From Leptolyngbyaceae cyanobacterium (GTDB lineage: Bacteria; Cyanobacteriota; Cyanobacteriia; Phormidesmidales; Phormidesmidaceae): 16,846 nucleotides of DNA. The notes beneath the pieces are model-generated. The model ran no database searches and was not told the origin of the DNA. It worked only from the letters and a program-made list of their open reading frames with translations. The stretch lies in the NCBI GenBank assembly GCA_050331235.1, contig JBHJHA010000040.1:1-16846 (forward strand). Direction: 5' to 3'. How positions within the stretch are numbered: position 1 is the first letter of the stretch; every line of letters starts with the position of its first letter. The position numbers and the translations under genes are program-made. Positions 15,279 through 16,846 of this stretch are shown piece by piece.

Positions 15279-16846
15279 ATGAATTGCCCCTGGTTGTGGT
15301 TGCTAGCCCAACCCTCTACAGGAAATCCGCCCCAGTCAAAGGCTGAGCAGCTTTTGGAGTGGTTTAACAGCAACCCTCTGGTGGGGTGGGGAATGGCAAT
15401 TTTTGCAGTGGTGGCAGTGGCTGTCGCTGCCGTTGCTAAGTTGACGGGCAATCTCGATAACATCATTGGCTTTGTTGGCAAGTACCGCCCCAAAAAGCGG
15501 GAGCTTACCGAAGCTGATCGAGATCGCCTGCGGCGAGACCTCATCGACGTGGTGCTGGGGCAAGTGGTAAAGCGCCTAGAAGACTCTTTACATCACAAAA
15601 TTCGGTTGGATTTGAAGCGCCAAGAAGAACGTCAGCGGGTCGGGCGACGCGACTGGTCACCGTCCGCTCAAACACTTGATAGTGACGCGGCGTTACAGCG
15701 ACGCTATCAGTTTCAAACTGCTGAGCGACTCAGCCTAATTCGCACGCTCAATAGGCTACCGTCAGCCATGTTTGACGAATTGATGTTTACGCTTGACCCG
15801 CCTCAAGGTCAGGTGCCAGGGAGTTCGGCAGCTCAAGGCGATCGCAGCCGGGCGCTGCTGGCATGGGTGGAAAGTGCTGAGGGGCCGGGACTGGAAAAGT
15901 TCTGTGAGGTGCTGGAGCTGGTGGGTATCCCTTTACCGGAAATGGCAGCAAATGCGGTTGAGGAGCAGGCGCTGACCAACGCATCGACCCATGACTTACT
16001 CAGGCGCGACGACATCAACGGCAGACTGCTGATCCTGGGGGAACCGGGGACGGGCAAAACGAATGAGCTGCTAGCCCTGGCGAAAACGCTGTTGCAACAG
16101 GCTAAAGCGTCAGCCGATGCGCCTATTCCAGTCATCTTTGAACTGTCGGAATGGTCTAGCGAGCCTGATAAAACCTTTGCCGATTGGCTGTGTGAACAGC
16201 TTCAGGAAAAATACACCGTGCCGCTGGCCGTGGCGAACCATTGGATGGAGCACAATCGACTCTGGCCCTTGCTGGATGGTCTGGATGAACTGCGTCGGGT
16301 AGATGAGTCTGAGACTGCTACTGATGAAGAGCTGGACCGCCAGCGGCAGGCGAAACAGATTCAGTGTATGCGGAGCATTAACGCGTTTCTCGACCTGCAT
16401 CCGGCCACGTCAGCGGTGGTCTGTTGCCGACGCCAGGAATACGAAGCTTTAGAAGCGCGGGGCGAATATCTGAAGCGCTTGAATGGTGCTATCACTTTGC
16501 AAGCGCTGGACGACGAGCAAATCTGCACGTACTTTGAAAACTCGAATCGGGGACCGCTGTGGGACACGCTGAAAAATCAACCGGAGCTTTTGGCACTGGC
16601 CCGCTCGCCGCTGTTTTTGCTGATGCTGGTGGTGGCCTATCAGGGGCAACCGATTCACAATCCAAATAAATTGCTCGATCTTTACATAGATATTCAACTG
16701 AATGACCAGAACAATCGAGGCGCTTACCCACCTGACAAAGCTCCGTCTCAAGAGCAGACCGAACACTATCTCGCGTGGCTAGCCACCAAACTTGAACAGC
16801 AGGAATTAACTGAATTTCTGATTGAGCGATTGCAGCCTAGCTGGCT
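15279..16846 (+). CDS. NACHT (STAND) NTPase, 5' part; N-terminal TM helix and Death-like/EAD-like helical domain; runs off the window
   Basis: Manual translation from ATG 15279 (in-frame TGA directly upstream) is open for 522 codons. Walker A LLILGEPGTGKT (16038-16061), IPVIFELSEW, Walker B LLDGLDE (16269-16289), VVCCRRQEY, LARSPLFLLML, YLAWLA and FLIERLQPSW are all typical of cyanobacterial NACHT proteins. Absent from the ORF track because there is no stop in the window. Confidence 0.92.
   Translation, partial: MNCPWLWLLAQPSTGNPPQSKAEQLLEWFNSNPLVGWGMAIFAVVAVAVAAVAKLTGNLDNIIGFVGKYRPKKRELTEADRDRLRRDLIDVVLGQVVKRLEDSLHHKIRLDLKRQEERQRVGRRDWSPSAQTLDSDAALQRRYQFQTAERLSLIRTLNRLPSAMFDELMFTLDPPQGQVPGSSAAQGDRSRALLAWVESAEGPGLEKFCEVLELVGIPLPEMAANAVEEQALTNASTHDLLRRDDINGRLLILGEPGTGKTNELLALAKTLLQQAKASADAPIPVIFELSEWSSEPDKTFADWLCEQLQEKYTVPLAVANHWMEHNRLWPLLDGLDELRRVDESETATDEELDRQRQAKQIQCMRSINAFLDLHPATSAVVCCRRQEYEALEARGEYLKRLNGAITLQALDDEQICTYFENSNRGPLWDTLKNQPELLALARSPLFLLMLVVAYQGQPIHNPNKLLDLYIDIQLNDQNNRGAYPPDKAPSQEQTEHYLAWLATKLEQQELTEFLIERLQPSW

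Larger units (their letters stand above)
42..15845. repeat. Dispersed HIP1 octamers (GCGATCGC), 23 perfect copies
   Basis: Copies start at 42, 356, 1683, 2290, 3805, 4873, 5458, 6086, 6362, 6383, 7105, 9145, 9396, 10055, 10781, 10865, 12464, 12668, 13787, 13804, 13943, 14671 and 15838, plus many 7/8 matches. Fewer than one would be expected by chance; this is a cyanobacterial hallmark. Confidence 0.95.

Noticed and set aside
15272..16766. Numerous short ORFs listed on both strands at the right end
   Set aside because: All are shadows of the single long plus-strand NACHT frame starting at 15279.
1..16846. CRISPR arrays, tRNA/rRNA genes, transposases, integrases, reverse transcriptases
   Set aside because: No regularly spaced repeats, cloverleaf or T-loop motifs, or DDE/HUH/tyrosine-recombinase/RT motifs were found by eye.

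Overview
Chromosomal window from a cyanobacterium: I count 23 perfect HIP1 octamers (GCGATCGC), and it carries pentapeptide-repeat, Uma2, DUF4114-like and cyanobacterial-type NACHT genes. Left to right: the 3' end of a gene whose C-terminus is paralogous to that of the next gene; a 1087-aa EEP-nuclease/PhoD phosphatase fusion with a candidate Pho box; a minus-strand run of GNAT, ABM monooxygenase and pentapeptide genes; a ~950-bp region dense in inverted repeats, with a likely small Cys-rich ORF behind a long structured leader; folP; two divergent secreted proteins that appear to share an uncharacterised repeat domain; an EcsC-like gene; two small membrane proteins; a metK-ahcY operon whose proteins look gammaproteobacterial rather than cyanobacterial; and a possible defence cluster. 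That cluster comprises a Uma2 nuclease, a DUF2283-type toxin-antitoxin pair and a NACHT NTPase that runs off the right edge and is missing from the ORF track. The NACHT has an N-terminal membrane anchor and an apparent Death-like/effector-associated helical domain inserted ahead of its P-loop. Family assignments come from motif recognition by eye; no searches were run.
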